DNA of 64,000 bases. Origin: a phage. Every line of letters begins with the position of its first letter. Position 1 is the first letter of the stretch. The stretch lies in sequence record PV805632.1, one strand, 5' to 3'. This document shows positions 48,353 through 59,594 of the stretch, one piece after another. Position numbers and translations under genes: made by a program. The notes beneath the pieces were generated by a model, which did no database searches, had not been told where the DNA came from, and worked only from the letters and a program-made list of their open reading frames with translations.

Positions 48353-51003
48353 TTAAACAAGGTCTGTATTAAGAGTCATATCAGAGTAGCTGCCAATCAT
48401 GTTTAAAGACATGTCAGCTATATCCGAACCAGTCATAAGAGTACGTGAGAGGAAAGAATCCAACGACTCCATTGACACAAATTGCATAGGGTCAATTACA
48501 CCCTGCCCAGCAGTACCAAACATTTCTTCATACTGCTTATTGATTGCCATCATATCAGTATTGTACTGCTGCATTACATTCTCTGCTTTCTGAATAGTAG
48601 CAGCCGTAGATGCATTAATATACTGGCTAATACCATTACCTACTGAACTGGTAAGCTGCATAATGTTCTGAGCATTCATCATTTCACCGGCTAAGGTAGA
48701 TAAGGATGTACCAGTAGACATAGCAGTACCAACGTTCATAGCCACCATTGAAGCAATAGCAGCAATGATAAAACCTAGCTTATCACCAAACAGAGAAGTG
48801 GATACTTTAGTGACAATAGATATCATAATCATTGCAGCAATGGCGTTTGCTACAGCACCTACTATTACAGCAGCTAATCCAACAAAACCTAGCGATGCAC
48901 CAACTGCACCATAAGCCCCAAGAATACCTGCACCACCAGCACTACCAGCACCCATAGTAAATACGGATATAACGACAGCAACTACAACAACCACAATCTT
49001 AAAGGCAGAGGACTGATACCACTTTTTCTTAACCTTTTTATATGAGTTCATTACTAAGTAAGAGCAGGCAGTAGATAACTGAGTGCTACGAACTAGTGAC
49101 ATTGAACGATAGATGTTGGTGTGCAGGGGAATAATGAATCCACTCTCTTCTGCATCACCCATTGCTTCAGCAACATCAATATTTACTGACTTATTTTTAT
49201 ATACCTTGTTGCTATGATGAAGGCCCAATACCCTAAGTTTACGGTAGGTATTATTACCATCCTGCCAAAGCAACTCATATTCTTGCATAGTATAAAACGT
49301 AGGGGTAACTTCCAGCTTTTTGCTAGCACCAGCACGCATGTTCTTACGGGTAAGGGTTATATCCCCTGCATATCTGGCTCGAAGTTGTCCTTGTTTAGCA
49401 CCAGCCCATGCTTCACCGGAATGGGTAGTTTCAAATACGTAGTTCCAACTAATAGTCATATCATACTTATAATGCTTACTACTATGCACCCTAAACTCCC
49501 GCTTAGGTATAACAGGGTATTCTGGCAGAGGTGGAGGTGTTCCAACAATTTGACCTTCCTGCCTGTTCCACCATTCCTCATATGCATCAACTGCATCATT
49601 TGCTGCCTGATAACCTGCAATCACTGCTTCCAGTGTAGGGTAGGTTGGATCAGGTGGAAATGCTTCAGTAGCCATCTGAAAGAAACGGTAGATGTATTCC
49701 TTAGCAGTATCTTCTGGAGTATTAAGAGATACACCGAATGTGCCATAGATGTATTGAATATCGCCTATGTCATCATTCTTCTTAAGCTCAGTCACTACTT
49801 TATCTAGCTTACCACCAGTAGCTTTATAGAGTGCCTTCTTACAGTGGGGGTAGATTGTGTCATTCTCTACCCATTGCTTATCATTCCTGATTGGAATAAA
49901 TGGATAGAATCGGTTATCAGTAGCCTCAGTTTCAAACAGTGAATCGAGTGTAGCGTTACCTGAGTTCTTCTTATAGATAAGCATCTTAGGTGTACCAACA
50001 GCAGTCATCTCAGTGTCAGTACGAGTAGTCTGGGATGAGTACTTACGAACCAGTGTCTCTGTGGTCGTGGTGATTGTATCTGTGCGAGTAACACCACCAC
50101 CTAAATTAACTACATTAGTGGTTACAGTAGTACTGGATTGAACCTCACCGAACTTTCTATGAGTCATTACCCTATCAGATACAACTACAGTTACATCATC
50201 AGGCTTCTCAGTGAATCCTCTACGGTAAACCTTAACGTAAGAGTTCCAGTTATCCACACTTGGTACAGTAACAGTACTGTCTTCATATGGTCTACCATCA
50301 GAGTAAACAGAATGAATCTGTATAGTCTTAGTAAGATTGGTTGTGTTAGCCGTCGTATTACTTGAGATGGTAGTCCATAACAGAGTAGACGGTAAGTCAT
50401 TTTCGCTGTTATAGACAGTAGTCGGACCTACTACCGGTGGATTGGTAGCCGGGGACTTATAGAACGTGTAATCAGCATAGAGATACAAAGCACCTGGTTC
50501 AAAGTTAGTAGGTGTGAATGTAATGGGGGAACTCCATCTAAGGAGGTCATAGTGATTACATTAGTATCTTCATCAATGTCTATGTCGAATCGTTCCATGA
50601 TTCGACTTGGGGCATTCTCATAAAGATACTGATCACACCATTGCTCAAAGTCAGCAAAGCCAATCTCTGCTGCCTGAACATAGACAGATTCTCCAGCAGG
50701 TGGGGTAATTTGATCCTCTATAACAGTAGGGTCAATCTTAGCCAGTACACCTAACGAAGAACCTGCCATACCAACTTCTGAATCATAGTGATTCTTACTC
50801 CAGCTAGAAAACAGTCGCATACGTATACCAGGCCCCTTCAGATAACTATCAGAGATAGTGTCTGCCATAGTGAATCCTGTATCAGCAACAATCTTACCGA
50901 TGACTACAGTCTTCATATAGTTTGGACGCTTGTGTATATCCCCTGCCATGTTATAGACAGAGGATGCTACGTATACTTTGGTCTTACTACTGAATAAGCC
51001 CAT
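48353..51003 (-). CDS. large virion protein with C-terminal transmembrane segments, apparently one gene split by a -1 frame break at a C5 run near 50510-50525
   Basis: ORF 50431..51003 and ORF 48353..50488 overlap by 58 nt; downstream ORF has only a TTG start with poor RBS, its frame is open and well codon-adapted upstream of that TTG, and the frames meet at GGAGTTCCCCCATT. Confidence 0.45.
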
Positions 51004-51004
51004 A

Positions 51005-51847
51005 TTAATTCAGCCCGTTGTTAATCTTCAGCTTGGACAAAATGGTATCAATACTTGCGTTGGTGAAACCATTAGGTGGGTTCAAGCCTTCATCAATAGT
51101 CTTCTGTGTAATCCATGCATCAGTAAACAGCTTAGATGCTTTAACTTCTGCATCACGTTGGTAAGAAGTAATCTGTTGAGAGTACAACTCTTTCTGCTTA
51201 CCTACGGAACCCCTAACGGCTGCACCGTCTGTACGAGTATCCAATGTCTGTGCACGTTGTGCCTCAGTCTGCTCAGTAATCAGTTTAAGCTGTTGAGGTA
51301 ACATCTGGTTAGCATTAAACAATGCAGCACAGTATGTTTCAGACTCAGTAGCAATCTTCATCTTAGTGAGGGCATATTCACTTTTAGCAGACAGTGCCTG
51401 AATCTTAGCCAGCACATACTGAGCTTTAGAAGTAGCCAATGTAACACGAGCAGTAACAGCCTGAATCTGTGCCATAGCAGCAGCCCAGTATGCTTGGTCA
51501 CGACCAAGTAAGAACTGAACAGCATTACTCATGCATGATTCCATCATGGCAATATAGGCTTTGGTATATTCACCACCAGTAATACGGTTAGCTTTAAACT
51601 CAGCTTTAAGATGGTTGTGTGCAGATTCCATTAAAGCATCAAACGTACCGCTACCACCCACTTCACGGGTAGTAAGTGATTCATTAGTTACTTTAGTAAT
51701 AGCATCAAAGATTGGGGAATCATCTCCACCAGGGATATCCCATTCAGGACCAGACATATCAATGTCAGGGAGGGTAAAGTCATCACCCTTTGTTAACTCT
51801 TCTAGGAGTCGGTTAGCTTCTACCTCAGCAGAACAAGACATAATCAT
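51005..51847 (-). CDS. virion structural protein (280 aa)
   Basis: ORF track; AAGAGGA RBS. Confidence 0.5.
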   Translation of the reverse strand: MIMSCSAEVEANRLLEELTKGDDFTLPDIDMSGPEWDIPGGDDSPIFDAITKVTNESLTTREVGGSGTFDALMESAHNHLKAEFKANRITGGEYTKAYIAMMESCMSNAVQFLLGRDQAYWAAAMAQIQAVTARVTLATSKAQYVLAKIQALSAKSEYALTKMKIATESETYCAALFNANQMLPQQLKLITEQTEAQRAQTLDTRTDGAAVRGSVGKQKELYSQQITSYQRDAEVKASKLFTDAWITQKTIDEGLNPPNGFTNASIDTILSKLKINNGLN

Positions 51848-51917
51848 TCCTCTTGGTTCAAAAAGAAACGGCCCACGGAGTTACCCCAGTGAGCCGTGTT
51901 GAACTGTAGCTTATACG

Positions 51918-52559
51918 TTAATCGTTCAGGCTACCAGCAGCAATCTGTGCTTGAGCCAGTTGAGCCAATTCTGCTTCAGTCAGCGGAGGCAATACTTCAA
52001 TGGAGAACTCACGTGCTTCTGTTGCACGGATATCCGGTAAGCCATTCTTACCTTTACGAGTCGTAATGTTGATGAACTTACGCTCTTTAAGGAACTCGTA
52101 GATACAGTACGGAATATGATAACCATTGTCGGTGACTTCACCGAACGGAACAAACTTACGTACAGTACCCATATATTCGTTAGCTACGGTGATAATCTCA
52201 CCCGGCAGGTCTTTCTTCTTAGGATCAAGGTTCTGGATACGTACACGAATCAGTCGAGTCTGCTCTGCACGAATCTTCTGACCCAGAGTCATCTTCTTAA
52301 CACCAGCTTCCTGTTTTTCACCCAAAGGGTTAACAGCAGCTTCTTTTACTTCTGGTTCATCTTTTGCTTGTGCAGCTTCAATCTTCTCACGGAGTTTCTC
52401 AACGGAGATGTTGTTAGAGAACTTAATATTCATCAACGTTGCACGTTGCTTAAGAACCTCAAGTTCGCTAGGCATTGCAATATCGTTAACGGTATCTTCG
52501 TTGCCCTGTACGTCCAGTTCTACGCCAGTGGTCGGTTTATCGTTAATGCTCATGTTCAT
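51918..52559 (-). CDS. structural-module protein (213 aa)
   Basis: ORF track; AGGAAA RBS. Confidence 0.5.
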   Translation of the reverse strand: MNMSINDKPTTGVELDVQGNEDTVNDIAMPSELEVLKQRATLMNIKFSNNISVEKLREKIEAAQAKDEPEVKEAAVNPLGEKQEAGVKKMTLGQKIRAEQTRLIRVRIQNLDPKKKDLPGEIITVANEYMGTVRKFVPFGEVTDNGYHIPYCIYEFLKERKFINITTRKGKNGLPDIRATEAREFSIEVLPPLTEAELAQLAQAQIAAGSLND

Positions 52560-52588
52560 ATTTCCTGTGGTTCAACTAGTTTTATTAA

Positions 52589-52620
52589 GAGGGGGACACT
52601 AGTCCCCCTTATTTTATTTA
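52589..52620. other. strong hairpin AGAGGGGGAC-ACTA-GTCCCCCTT with T-run only on the + strand
   Basis: 9-bp stem; in a - strand gene gap just downstream of the putative capsid gene but oriented like a + strand terminator. Confidence 0.4.
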
Positions 52621-52626
52621 GGACTA

Positions 52627-53829
52627 TTACAGAGGAGCAACAGTCTTAATCAGAGCCAGACGTTCCGGACGTTTAACCAGGATACCGTAGTACCACTTGA
52701 TGGAGCTGAAGCCAGTCTCACCATACGGGTCATTACGGTCAGCAGTTTCTCGACCAGGCATCTTAGTCATGATGGAGAACTTAACAGACTTACCATCAGT
52801 CTGGAAGCCAATGGTAGAGAAGGAGTCATCACCAACTACCAGCATCGGGAATACGTCGTAGTGTTCTTGACCACTAACCATAGAAGAACGGTAACCTGGG
52901 TTAGTAGAGACTTGAGCACCAGCACCTGCCCAATGCAGCATCTCAGGAACCTGGATAATACGGAACTTGTCGATACAACCAATCTCACCATTCATCAGAG
53001 TACCAGCATCAGCATAGTGCTGAACCTCGATGAATGCTTTATTACCGAACAGATCTTTCATCGCTTTCAGTTCTGGAACCAGTTCAGAACCAACGTACAT
53101 TACACGAGTACCACCAAGTACTTTGGTATCGGTAAGTTTAGAGCCAGTGATGATAGTAGTCTGAGTCGGAGTACGGTTCTCAGTAAGAATCTGGTCAAGA
53201 CGCATCAGGTTCTTATAAGAAACTACAGACGGGGTAGCACCTTCACCAGTGATGGTAGCATCGGAGGTAGCAGCACCTGCATACAGTACAGTACCAGCAG
53301 CAGCCAACAGGTCTTTCTGGAGAACAGCTTCAGTCAGCTGTACAGCACCGTTCATCAGTTCGCGAGACAGGTGTTCTTTCAGTTGGTCATCAGAATCAAA
53401 GTCCAGGGACTCTTGAGTAAATTCGTAGAAGAAACCAAACTTATGAATGGAACCTTCACGAGACAGACGGGTAAAGCCTACACGGTTAACACGACCACCG
53501 TTCTCTGTCAGCAGAGGCAGTTTAGAGGTGATGTTACCAACGTCTCGGGAAGAACCATACAGGTTACCGTTAACGATGGTAGCACCATTAGCATCAATAC
53601 CCTGGTCGTTGATGTTCTTATCGTCAAGCAGTGGAACGTACTCATACACCTTAACAGTCTTACCATAGTTCTTCGGCATGTTAATGGTGTTAGCCAGTGG
53701 CATGAAGTACTGGTCTTTACGGGACTGAATAATAGCTTTCTTCAGCCAGTAATAGGTATTCATCTGGTCGGAACCAGCACCATCAATGCTAGATTTCTGG
53801 CCGTCAATTGGGGCGTTATAGTTTAACAT
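52627..53829 (-). CDS. putative major capsid protein (N4 gp56-like by size and position), 400 aa
   Basis: size matches N4 capsid protein (about 44 kDa, recalled); position between scaffold-like and portal-side genes; no motif evidence. Confidence 0.5.
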   Translation of the reverse strand: MLNYNAPIDGQKSSIDGAGSDQMNTYYWLKKAIIQSRKDQYFMPLANTINMPKNYGKTVKVYEYVPLLDDKNINDQGIDANGATIVNGNLYGSSRDVGNITSKLPLLTENGGRVNRVGFTRLSREGSIHKFGFFYEFTQESLDFDSDDQLKEHLSRELMNGAVQLTEAVLQKDLLAAAGTVLYAGAATSDATITGEGATPSVVSYKNLMRLDQILTENRTPTQTTIITGSKLTDTKVLGGTRVMYVGSELVPELKAMKDLFGNKAFIEVQHYADAGTLMNGEIGCIDKFRIIQVPEMLHWAGAGAQVSTNPGYRSSMVSGQEHYDVFPMLVVGDDSFSTIGFQTDGKSVKFSIMTKMPGRETADRNDPYGETGFSSIKWYYGILVKRPERLALIKTVAPL

Positions 53830-53845
53830 ATCATCTTATTCCTGT

Positions 53846-55078
53846 TTAAAGACTACCCGGTACTGGGAGTTTAGCGAAATCTTCATCACTCATGGCGAGT
53901 GGGTTTACAATAGGTGTTGCTTTACGTGTAGCAGCCCGATTAAGGGAAGCTGCTTTAGCTTGCTCACTGTTAGCCAGAGTCTGCTTAGGTTGTGCTACTC
54001 GCACTACCGGCTGAACCACTGGTTTAACTGCTTGTACCGGTTCTGGCTTAGCTACTCGGTTAAATGCCCCCTGCTGTGCAAGGAGGTTACCGACGTGGTT
54101 ATAAGCCTGAATGAACGGAGTACCTACCGGAATCTGGCCTAACATCTGAAGACGGTTCACTTCGTTTGCAATGGTGTCATAAATACCATTCTCACGTTGT
54201 TCGTGAATAGTCTGGAGTAGGCCACGATTCTGGTAAAGAGCTTCTTTACTGGCAGCATCCCATGTCGAGCCGATAACACCTAATGTAGCTTGTCCTTCTT
54301 GAGTAGACTTTAAGTCGTCAATTTCGGTTGCAAAATCTGCTTCGGTGTCGGTAACACGGTGATTGCCACCCTGGTAGTTAATTTCCTCATCTGGGTTAAA
54401 GTCCAGAGGATCTGTACCAGAGTCTTTGAGCAACTTCTTAATGGCTTCTGGATTCTTTTTATCCAGGTCAATCAGGAAGGAAAGTTTATCCTCATCCATT
54501 AAACCGTTGTTCTGTAACATCAGCATTACCTTACGGTAAGGCTTCAGTTCTTGCATCTTACGAGTATAGTTAGCACCCATCTGCATCAGGCTAATGGCCT
54601 CCTCCGGTGAACGGGGAGTAATCACTTTGCCGTTAGCTTTAAAAGGAGCCATCAACTTCTCGTAACCTTCCTTATAGTTGAAGTCAGCAGGCAGACCTTC
54701 AGACTGTTTGCCTTCTTCTTTCTGTTCCTGGCCTAGTTCAGTAGTAGAAGGTTCAGCTTTAGTAATCGGCTCACCGTTACTATCAACTTCTGTGTCAACA
54801 ACTTTATCAACAACTTTATCATCAACTTTATCAGAAGTTAAAGAATTTGCTGAATCTTCTTCATCAGGTTCGGCTTCAGGGGGGGTTTCTTCGGTTGGTA
54901 GGTCTTCAACAGCAGGAGTGTCAACTTCTTCTTCAGGAGTCTGTACGCCGTTGGTTTCTGGGTTGTTCTGAGTGGAAGTATCTTCCTCAGCAATAATTGC
55001 TGGGGCTTCCATATTCAGAATCTCATCATCCGACATTGCGAGAATGTCGGAAGCTGTGGTTGCAGCTTCCGTAGTCAT
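53846..55078 (-). CDS. acidic structural-module protein, possible scaffold (410 aa)
   Basis: ORF track; strongly acidic N-terminal third; immediately upstream of the capsid gene. Confidence 0.4.
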   Translation of the reverse strand: MTTEAATTASDILAMSDDEILNMEAPAIIAEEDTSTQNNPETNGVQTPEEEVDTPAVEDLPTEETPPEAEPDEEDSANSLTSDKVDDKVVDKVVDTEVDSNGEPITKAEPSTTELGQEQKEEGKQSEGLPADFNYKEGYEKLMAPFKANGKVITPRSPEEAISLMQMGANYTRKMQELKPYRKVMLMLQNNGLMDEDKLSFLIDLDKKNPEAIKKLLKDSGTDPLDFNPDEEINYQGGNHRVTDTEADFATEIDDLKSTQEGQATLGVIGSTWDAASKEALYQNRGLLQTIHEQRENGIYDTIANEVNRLQMLGQIPVGTPFIQAYNHVGNLLAQQGAFNRVAKPEPVQAVKPVVQPVVRVAQPKQTLANSEQAKAASLNRAATRKATPIVNPLAMSDEDFAKLPVPGSL

Positions 55079-55097
55079 AGGAAATATCTCCGGTTAA

Positions 55098-55442
55098 TTA
55101 TTCGTCTTCAGGTTCAGCACGAACTGCGTCGAGTTCTTCTTCTACCTGTAGAATAACGTCAGCTTCGTTTTCGCCCATACGAATGGCAAGATCAAGCCAA
55201 CGACGTAAGTGACCAGCAGCTTGAGCCATGTTCAATGCATCTGCACGGTTATTAGGTTCAAGCAGTGGGTCACCAGACTCTTGCACGTAACGTGCACAAT
55301 CTTCCGTACAGAACTGGCGAAGAATTACTTTACGGAACAGTGGATTCTCCAGAAGTTTACGTACATCTTCTGCATGTGCAACTGCACCTTTAGCAGCTTC
55401 CAGTCGATGTTCCAGTCCAGCGATTGTTGATTCTTTACTCAT
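55098..55442 (-). CDS. hypothetical structural-module protein (114 aa)
   Basis: ORF track. Confidence 0.45.
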   Translation of the reverse strand: MSKESTIAGLEHRLEAAKGAVAHAEDVRKLLENPLFRKVILRQFCTEDCARYVQESGDPLLEPNNRADALNMAQAAGHLRRWLDLAIRMGENEADVILQVEEELDAVRAEPEDE

Positions 55443-55455
55443 GTGAAGGTCTGCC

Positions 55456-57726
55456 TTACAGGTTCATGCCAAGAGCCGATGCTGGGTCTTGGCTAGGGTC
55501 ATAGTATTGGGAACTAAGTGAATAAGCTGGGTCTTGCTGAGCAGCTAAATCCCGTTCTGGTATAGAGTTCACGTTAGTCAAAGTATTATATCCAACAGCT
55601 GCAGATATGTTGGGGGTAGTTTCCCCTTCTTTAATAGGTGTTGTCAATGCCTTAGTTATCTGAAGGTTCTGGTTTCCTTGGGATTGTGCTTTTTGTTTTT
55701 CCATATCACGAGCATGTTTAGTACCAGATTCCTGTTCCAGATAATCCAGGTCTTTAAGGTCACCACTGGAAGCAGCCTCTTTAGCCTTAGCCATATTGAG
55801 TGCAATCTTACTTTGTAACTCTTCATTCTCAAGCTGTGCTTTCTGAATTGCCAATTGCTTAAGCTGTTCTTCCATAGGGTCTGGCTGTGGTTGCCAGGTA
55901 CGTAACTCATGAGCCAGGTCGGGCATACGTTTAAGTTCTGCAATCTTAGCTACGAGAGATAACGTAATAGTTTGGTCAACCGTATTACCCAATGTTTGAA
56001 CCATGAAGCTCAAGTCCTGGGATTTCTGGTTATCAATTTCAGCAGTGTTGATATCAACCTCAATATCGAAGTTACCTTTAAGGTCTTCACGGTTAATCTC
56101 TACATACTGCTCGTTAGTAATACGTACTACTTCTTTCTCAGATAAGAACACAGCATTCATTGCACAAATCTTAGTACCAATGTCTGCCATGCCCTTAGCT
56201 AATCGGCGAAGGATTGCCATCTCACGTTTGGATGCTGCATCAAGTGCACCACGAATACCGGCAGCCACTTCCCCGTATGCTGAACCAGTTACACCACCAG
56301 AGAATGCTTTAACACCAGTTAATGATTCAGCTTCCTGGTTTTGCATCTGGGTCATTATTATTGCCGACTGAGGTAACTCAGGGAACTTATGTTCCATAAT
56401 GGCCTGACTAGGATTACCCTGCATTGGGTTGTATTCGTAGTCTTGCCCATCGTCATATCGACGACGGTTTAGTGTATCCAACATCCCTTTAGGATAACCA
56501 CGTTGACCGTTTGCACTTCGACCTAACAGGTCAATCATCCCACGCATAGTTGCACCAAGAATTGCTTGGTTATCCCCTAACAGTTCAGCATCAGCTTCAC
56601 CGAAGAGTTCGCGTTTACGGGGCATGTAAGGAACAACTACTAAAGGTAATTTACCGTCAGGGAATGGGTTCCTCTCCATACGAATAAGAGTAGAACCAAT
56701 CCAGGTAGCAACAATAGGTTCCAGAGAACCATCATCATTGATGTCGTAAAATCCCCAGTATTCGTAGGCAACAACTTTCTTACGAAGTGCATCCTTAAAC
56801 TGAAAGTCACTTGGAGTCTTACTTTCATGGTCTGGGTCGGTCATAGGGCTAGAACTTTCCCAGTCAATCTTATCTAAATTGTGATAACGATCTTTGTTCT
56901 TCATGAGGTCTGCTTTGCATGTCTCAAAGGAGATAACTGCATACAGAGCCTTATCCAAATCACCGTTACAGCTTGGGTCAATAACTACGTTATTAGGGTT
57001 AAGCATTTCAACGGTAGGTCTGTTAACTAGTGCCTTCTCTACTTCTACTTCAGTAACTCCAGTCTGGATTGCATAGGTAGCTTCCCCAGTTTCATTAAAG
57101 TAGTTAACAGCTTCCTTAATATCTTCCGGCATTGTCTCATCGTACTCACGAGGATTCTCTGCCTGAAGCTGTAAAGCCTGTTGAAGAACATCTGCTTGTT
57201 CCTGGTTCTCGATTGGATATAACTGGAAGACTGGTGTTTCTGTTTTAATCTTAACAGTCTTACGTTCCCAACCAATACGAGCAATACCAGTACCGTCATC
57301 TACAACACTGTGTACGTAATCATCCACCAGTTTTACTTTATTAAGCTGGGTACGAAATTGGTAGTTAAGAACTAATTCATTCTGTCGTGCAGCTAACTCA
57401 TCCTCAAAAGTAACCGGAGTTACTTTAAAGAGCTTATTAGATGAGAGGAATGGCTCAGACAATGGAGCATATCGCCACTCTGCCTGACGGCGAACCAGTC
57501 TGGGTTGGACTTGTGAGCGTCCCTTAACCTTTGGGGGTTTAGCCTTACCTTTAACTTCCATCAGGTCATTCCACTCACGAATCTGAGCCATAATTGCATC
57601 GTGAGCAGGTTTAGCCGATTCCAAATCACCCTTCAGTAATTGGATACTTGGTTCCTTCTTCCAGTCCGTTAGCTTCTCTGATTGAGCTGGGTCTGGTAAA
57701 GGCTTAAAAGTGTCTTGGTGTTCCAT
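55456..57726 (-). CDS. putative portal protein (N4 gp59-like by size and position), 756 aa
   Basis: large ORF between lysis cassette and capsid module, as in N4; no motif evidence. Confidence 0.5.
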   Translation of the reverse strand: MEHQDTFKPLPDPAQSEKLTDWKKEPSIQLLKGDLESAKPAHDAIMAQIREWNDLMEVKGKAKPPKVKGRSQVQPRLVRRQAEWRYAPLSEPFLSSNKLFKVTPVTFEDELAARQNELVLNYQFRTQLNKVKLVDDYVHSVVDDGTGIARIGWERKTVKIKTETPVFQLYPIENQEQADVLQQALQLQAENPREYDETMPEDIKEAVNYFNETGEATYAIQTGVTEVEVEKALVNRPTVEMLNPNNVVIDPSCNGDLDKALYAVISFETCKADLMKNKDRYHNLDKIDWESSSPMTDPDHESKTPSDFQFKDALRKKVVAYEYWGFYDINDDGSLEPIVATWIGSTLIRMERNPFPDGKLPLVVVPYMPRKRELFGEADAELLGDNQAILGATMRGMIDLLGRSANGQRGYPKGMLDTLNRRRYDDGQDYEYNPMQGNPSQAIMEHKFPELPQSAIIMTQMQNQEAESLTGVKAFSGGVTGSAYGEVAAGIRGALDAASKREMAILRRLAKGMADIGTKICAMNAVFLSEKEVVRITNEQYVEINREDLKGNFDIEVDINTAEIDNQKSQDLSFMVQTLGNTVDQTITLSLVAKIAELKRMPDLAHELRTWQPQPDPMEEQLKQLAIQKAQLENEELQSKIALNMAKAKEAASSGDLKDLDYLEQESGTKHARDMEKQKAQSQGNQNLQITKALTTPIKEGETTPNISAAVGYNTLTNVNSIPERDLAAQQDPAYSLSSQYYDPSQDPASALGMNL

Positions 57727-57734
57727 AGTTAATC

Positions 57735-58262
57735 CTATTCAAAAAGTTTACGGTCAGCCTGAATTTGTTTACCCAACTCAATTAGTTGGTTGTCACGGAG
57801 TCTAACAGTTGCCCGGAGTTCTTCAACCAAACGTCTGCCTTCTTCAAGACTGTTGTCGAGTCTGGCTGCATGGCTTGCAAGACTTCTGCACTCAAGGGTT
57901 CCGGCTTCGGCTTGACGTTTATATACCGATGCTCGTCTTTCAGACTGTTGCATCCGGCTGTCGTAATCACTGCTAACGCGAGCAAGCTCGCTTGCGTAAT
58001 TACTCTCAGCCGTCTGCAACCTAGAGGTGAGTATCCCGACTTCATAACTATGGTTTCTTTGGAGAGCATTGTATTTGTCCTGTATTTTTTGTGTTGCCTT
58101 CAGGTCTTCGGCTTTTTGGGCATCCCACTTCTTTTGAACAGTAGACTGTCCATTGGAATTGCCCCAAAAGTAAATGGTGGCCCCGAGGACCACCACCAGA
58201 AGATAAGGCCAACCTTTAGAGATTAGCATCTTCATTACATGCCTCCAGTGGTACATTACCAA
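57735..58262 (-). CDS. i-spanin (Rz-like): N-terminal TM segment plus coiled coil
   Basis: hydrophobic [16 protein letters not shown] followed by charged helical sequence; downstream of endolysin; true start probably an internal Met. Confidence 0.5.
   Translation of the reverse strand: MVMYHWRHVMKMLISKGWPYLLVVVLGATIYFWGNSNGQSTVQKKWDAQKAEDLKATQKIQDKYNALQRNHSYEVGILTSRLQTAESNYASELARVSSDYDSRMQQSERRASVYKRQAEAGTLECRSLASHAARLDNSLEEGRRLVEELRATVRLRDNQLIELGKQIQADRKLFE
57782..58045 (-). CDS. o-spanin (Rz1-like) lipoprotein nested in the i-spanin gene in another frame
   Basis: signal sequence ending in lipobox LAVITTAGC, then Pro-rich mature region; ORF track 57782..58069 trimmed to internal Met. Confidence 0.4.
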   Translation of the reverse strand: MKSGYSPLGCRRLRVITQASLLALAVITTAGCNSLKDEHRYINVKPKPEPLSAEVLQAMQPDSTTVLKKADVWLKNSGQLLDSVTTN

Positions 58263-58851
58263 TTCGGTTAGCTACCCAACCATACGTAAAGTCTGGCATG
58301 TTCAATGAGGTGTAGTGGTTCAGTTGTTTAGCATCGAGTAACTTAATCATTACCTTACATGCTGCAACTTTGCCTCGTTTTTTCTGTAATGCTTTATATG
58401 CATTAACAGTACCTGCACCGACTTTACCATCAACTTGTATTTTAGGGTAGTCTTTGCCATCACGGGACATTTCATTAAGAGATTGCTGCAACCACTTGGC
58501 TGGTCTGGTTACACCAGTGTTAACACCAGCATCAACCAGTTTGTGTGTTACAGCAGGAGATATATCAGCGAAGGCTACGAAGTTAGGCTTAATAACGTAG
58601 TCATCAATGTATATCTCAGCAGCCATCTCTTTAGATAAACCCTTCATGGAACCATCCCAACCATACTCAGTAGCCAGAACTTCTTTATGAGACTTAGCTA
58701 CTGATTGGGTAATACCATGATTAGTTTCCCCACCCGGGTCACGAGGATTGTTTACGTACCCTCCTTCCATATAGAACACTGCCCCCAGAATAGCAGCGAT
58801 AACTCCTCCCACTGCACCCCCTTTTGCAGCAAGTTTCTGTTTAGCTTTCAT
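58216..58851 (-). CDS. SAR-type endolysin, GH108 N-acetylmuramidase with peptidoglycan-binding domain (211 aa)
   Basis: Gly/Ala-rich weakly hydrophobic N-terminus GGAVGGVIAAILGAVF, then GH108-like MEGGYVNNPRDPGGETNHGIT. Confidence 0.65.
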   Translation of the reverse strand: MKAKQKLAAKGGAVGGVIAAILGAVFYMEGGYVNNPRDPGGETNHGITQSVAKSHKEVLATEYGWDGSMKGLSKEMAAEIYIDDYVIKPNFVAFADISPAVTHKLVDAGVNTGVTRPAKWLQQSLNEMSRDGKDYPKIQVDGKVGAGTVNAYKALQKKRGKVAACKVMIKLLDAKQLNHYTSLNMPDFTYGWVANRIGNVPLEACNEDANL

Positions 58852-59101
58852 GAGAATCTTCCTTTGGATGGAATCGTATTAGTCTGCCTACAATATTTAA
58901 GGCAAACAGTGCGATTGTAATACTGGAACCATGGGGAATATATTCAAGGATGTGACGTGGTAGTCCCGTCAACATTGGTTGGATAATATCTACTGTAGAA
59001 AACAGAATTAATCCAAATGCACTAATCTGAACAGATGCCCACTTCCAGGACTTCTTCCAGTTAGGAACTAGCCCTATTTTTCTTTTTAGCTTGTGAACCA
59101 T
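58841..59101 (-). CDS. holin, two transmembrane domains (pinholin-like), 86 aa
   Basis: ORF track 58841..59167 trimmed to ATG 59101 with GGAGATA RBS; two hydrophobic helices; adjacent to SAR endolysin. Confidence 0.5.
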   Translation of the reverse strand: MVHKLKRKIGLVPNWKKSWKWASVQISAFGLILFSTVDIIQPMLTGLPRHILEYIPHGSSITIALFALNIVGRLIRFHPKEDSHES

Positions 59102-59418
59102 GCGAATATCTCCCGTCTTGCAGCAGCCAATACACCAATAATTGCACCTGCACCAGCCCACACCCACTTACCAAAAATTCCAGCACCTGCAACCTTATGT
59201 TTAATGGTGATGAACTCTTCGATGGTAGGTTCAGACTTAGTGATGCTCTCCTCTACCCGTCTAAGTCGGGTACTAAGATCACCCATAGACTCGCTTAGCT
59301 TTTTAATAGACTCATCCATTTTCTCCCTTTCCCTCGATTCACGAGTTTGGTTTTCGAAAATGTTTCTCAGTCTCTCTTCGAGTCGGGCTAGAGTTACGTT
59401 ATCTGGTTCATTTCCCAT
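59086..59418 (-). CDS. coiled-coil protein with C-terminal transmembrane segment, possible lysis regulator (110 aa)
   Basis: ORF track; overlaps holin start by 16 nt. Confidence 0.4.
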   Translation of the reverse strand: MGNEPDNVTLARLEERLRNIFENQTRESREREKMDESIKKLSESMGDLSTRLRRVEESITKSEPTIEEFITIKHKVAGAGIFGKWVWAGAGAIIGVLAAARREIFAWFTS

Positions 59419-59488
59419 AGGGATTTTCTCAGGTTAGTTAAGTCGTAATTGACTGAAACAGTCTACATAAAGGTTTGATTGGGGTACA

Positions 59489-59515
59489 ACAAAAAAGCCC
59501 CTCCCTCATGGGCTT
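59489..59515 (-). terminator. intrinsic terminator AAGCCC-loop-GGGCTT with U-tract on the - strand
   Basis: hairpin plus T-run on - strand, downstream of tail-spike gene. Confidence 0.55.
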
Positions 59516-59540
59516 CGAAGATTAAATACTTTTTCTGATG

Positions 59541-59566
59541 ATAAAAATAACCCCGCCGAAGCGGGG
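59541..59566 (-). terminator. intrinsic terminator CCCCGC-CGAA-GCGGGG with U-tract on the - strand
   Basis: hairpin plus TTATTTTTAT on - strand; same core as 62170-62192. Confidence 0.65.
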
Positions 59567-59594
59567 CATAATTTTAGTTAACTGCTATGCCAGA

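Noticed and set aside
48353-50488. Independent TTG-initiated gene for the 711-aa virion protein
   Set aside because: Poor RBS, 58-nt overlap with the upstream ORF and a codon-adapted open frame upstream of the TTG make a single gene with a frame break more likely.
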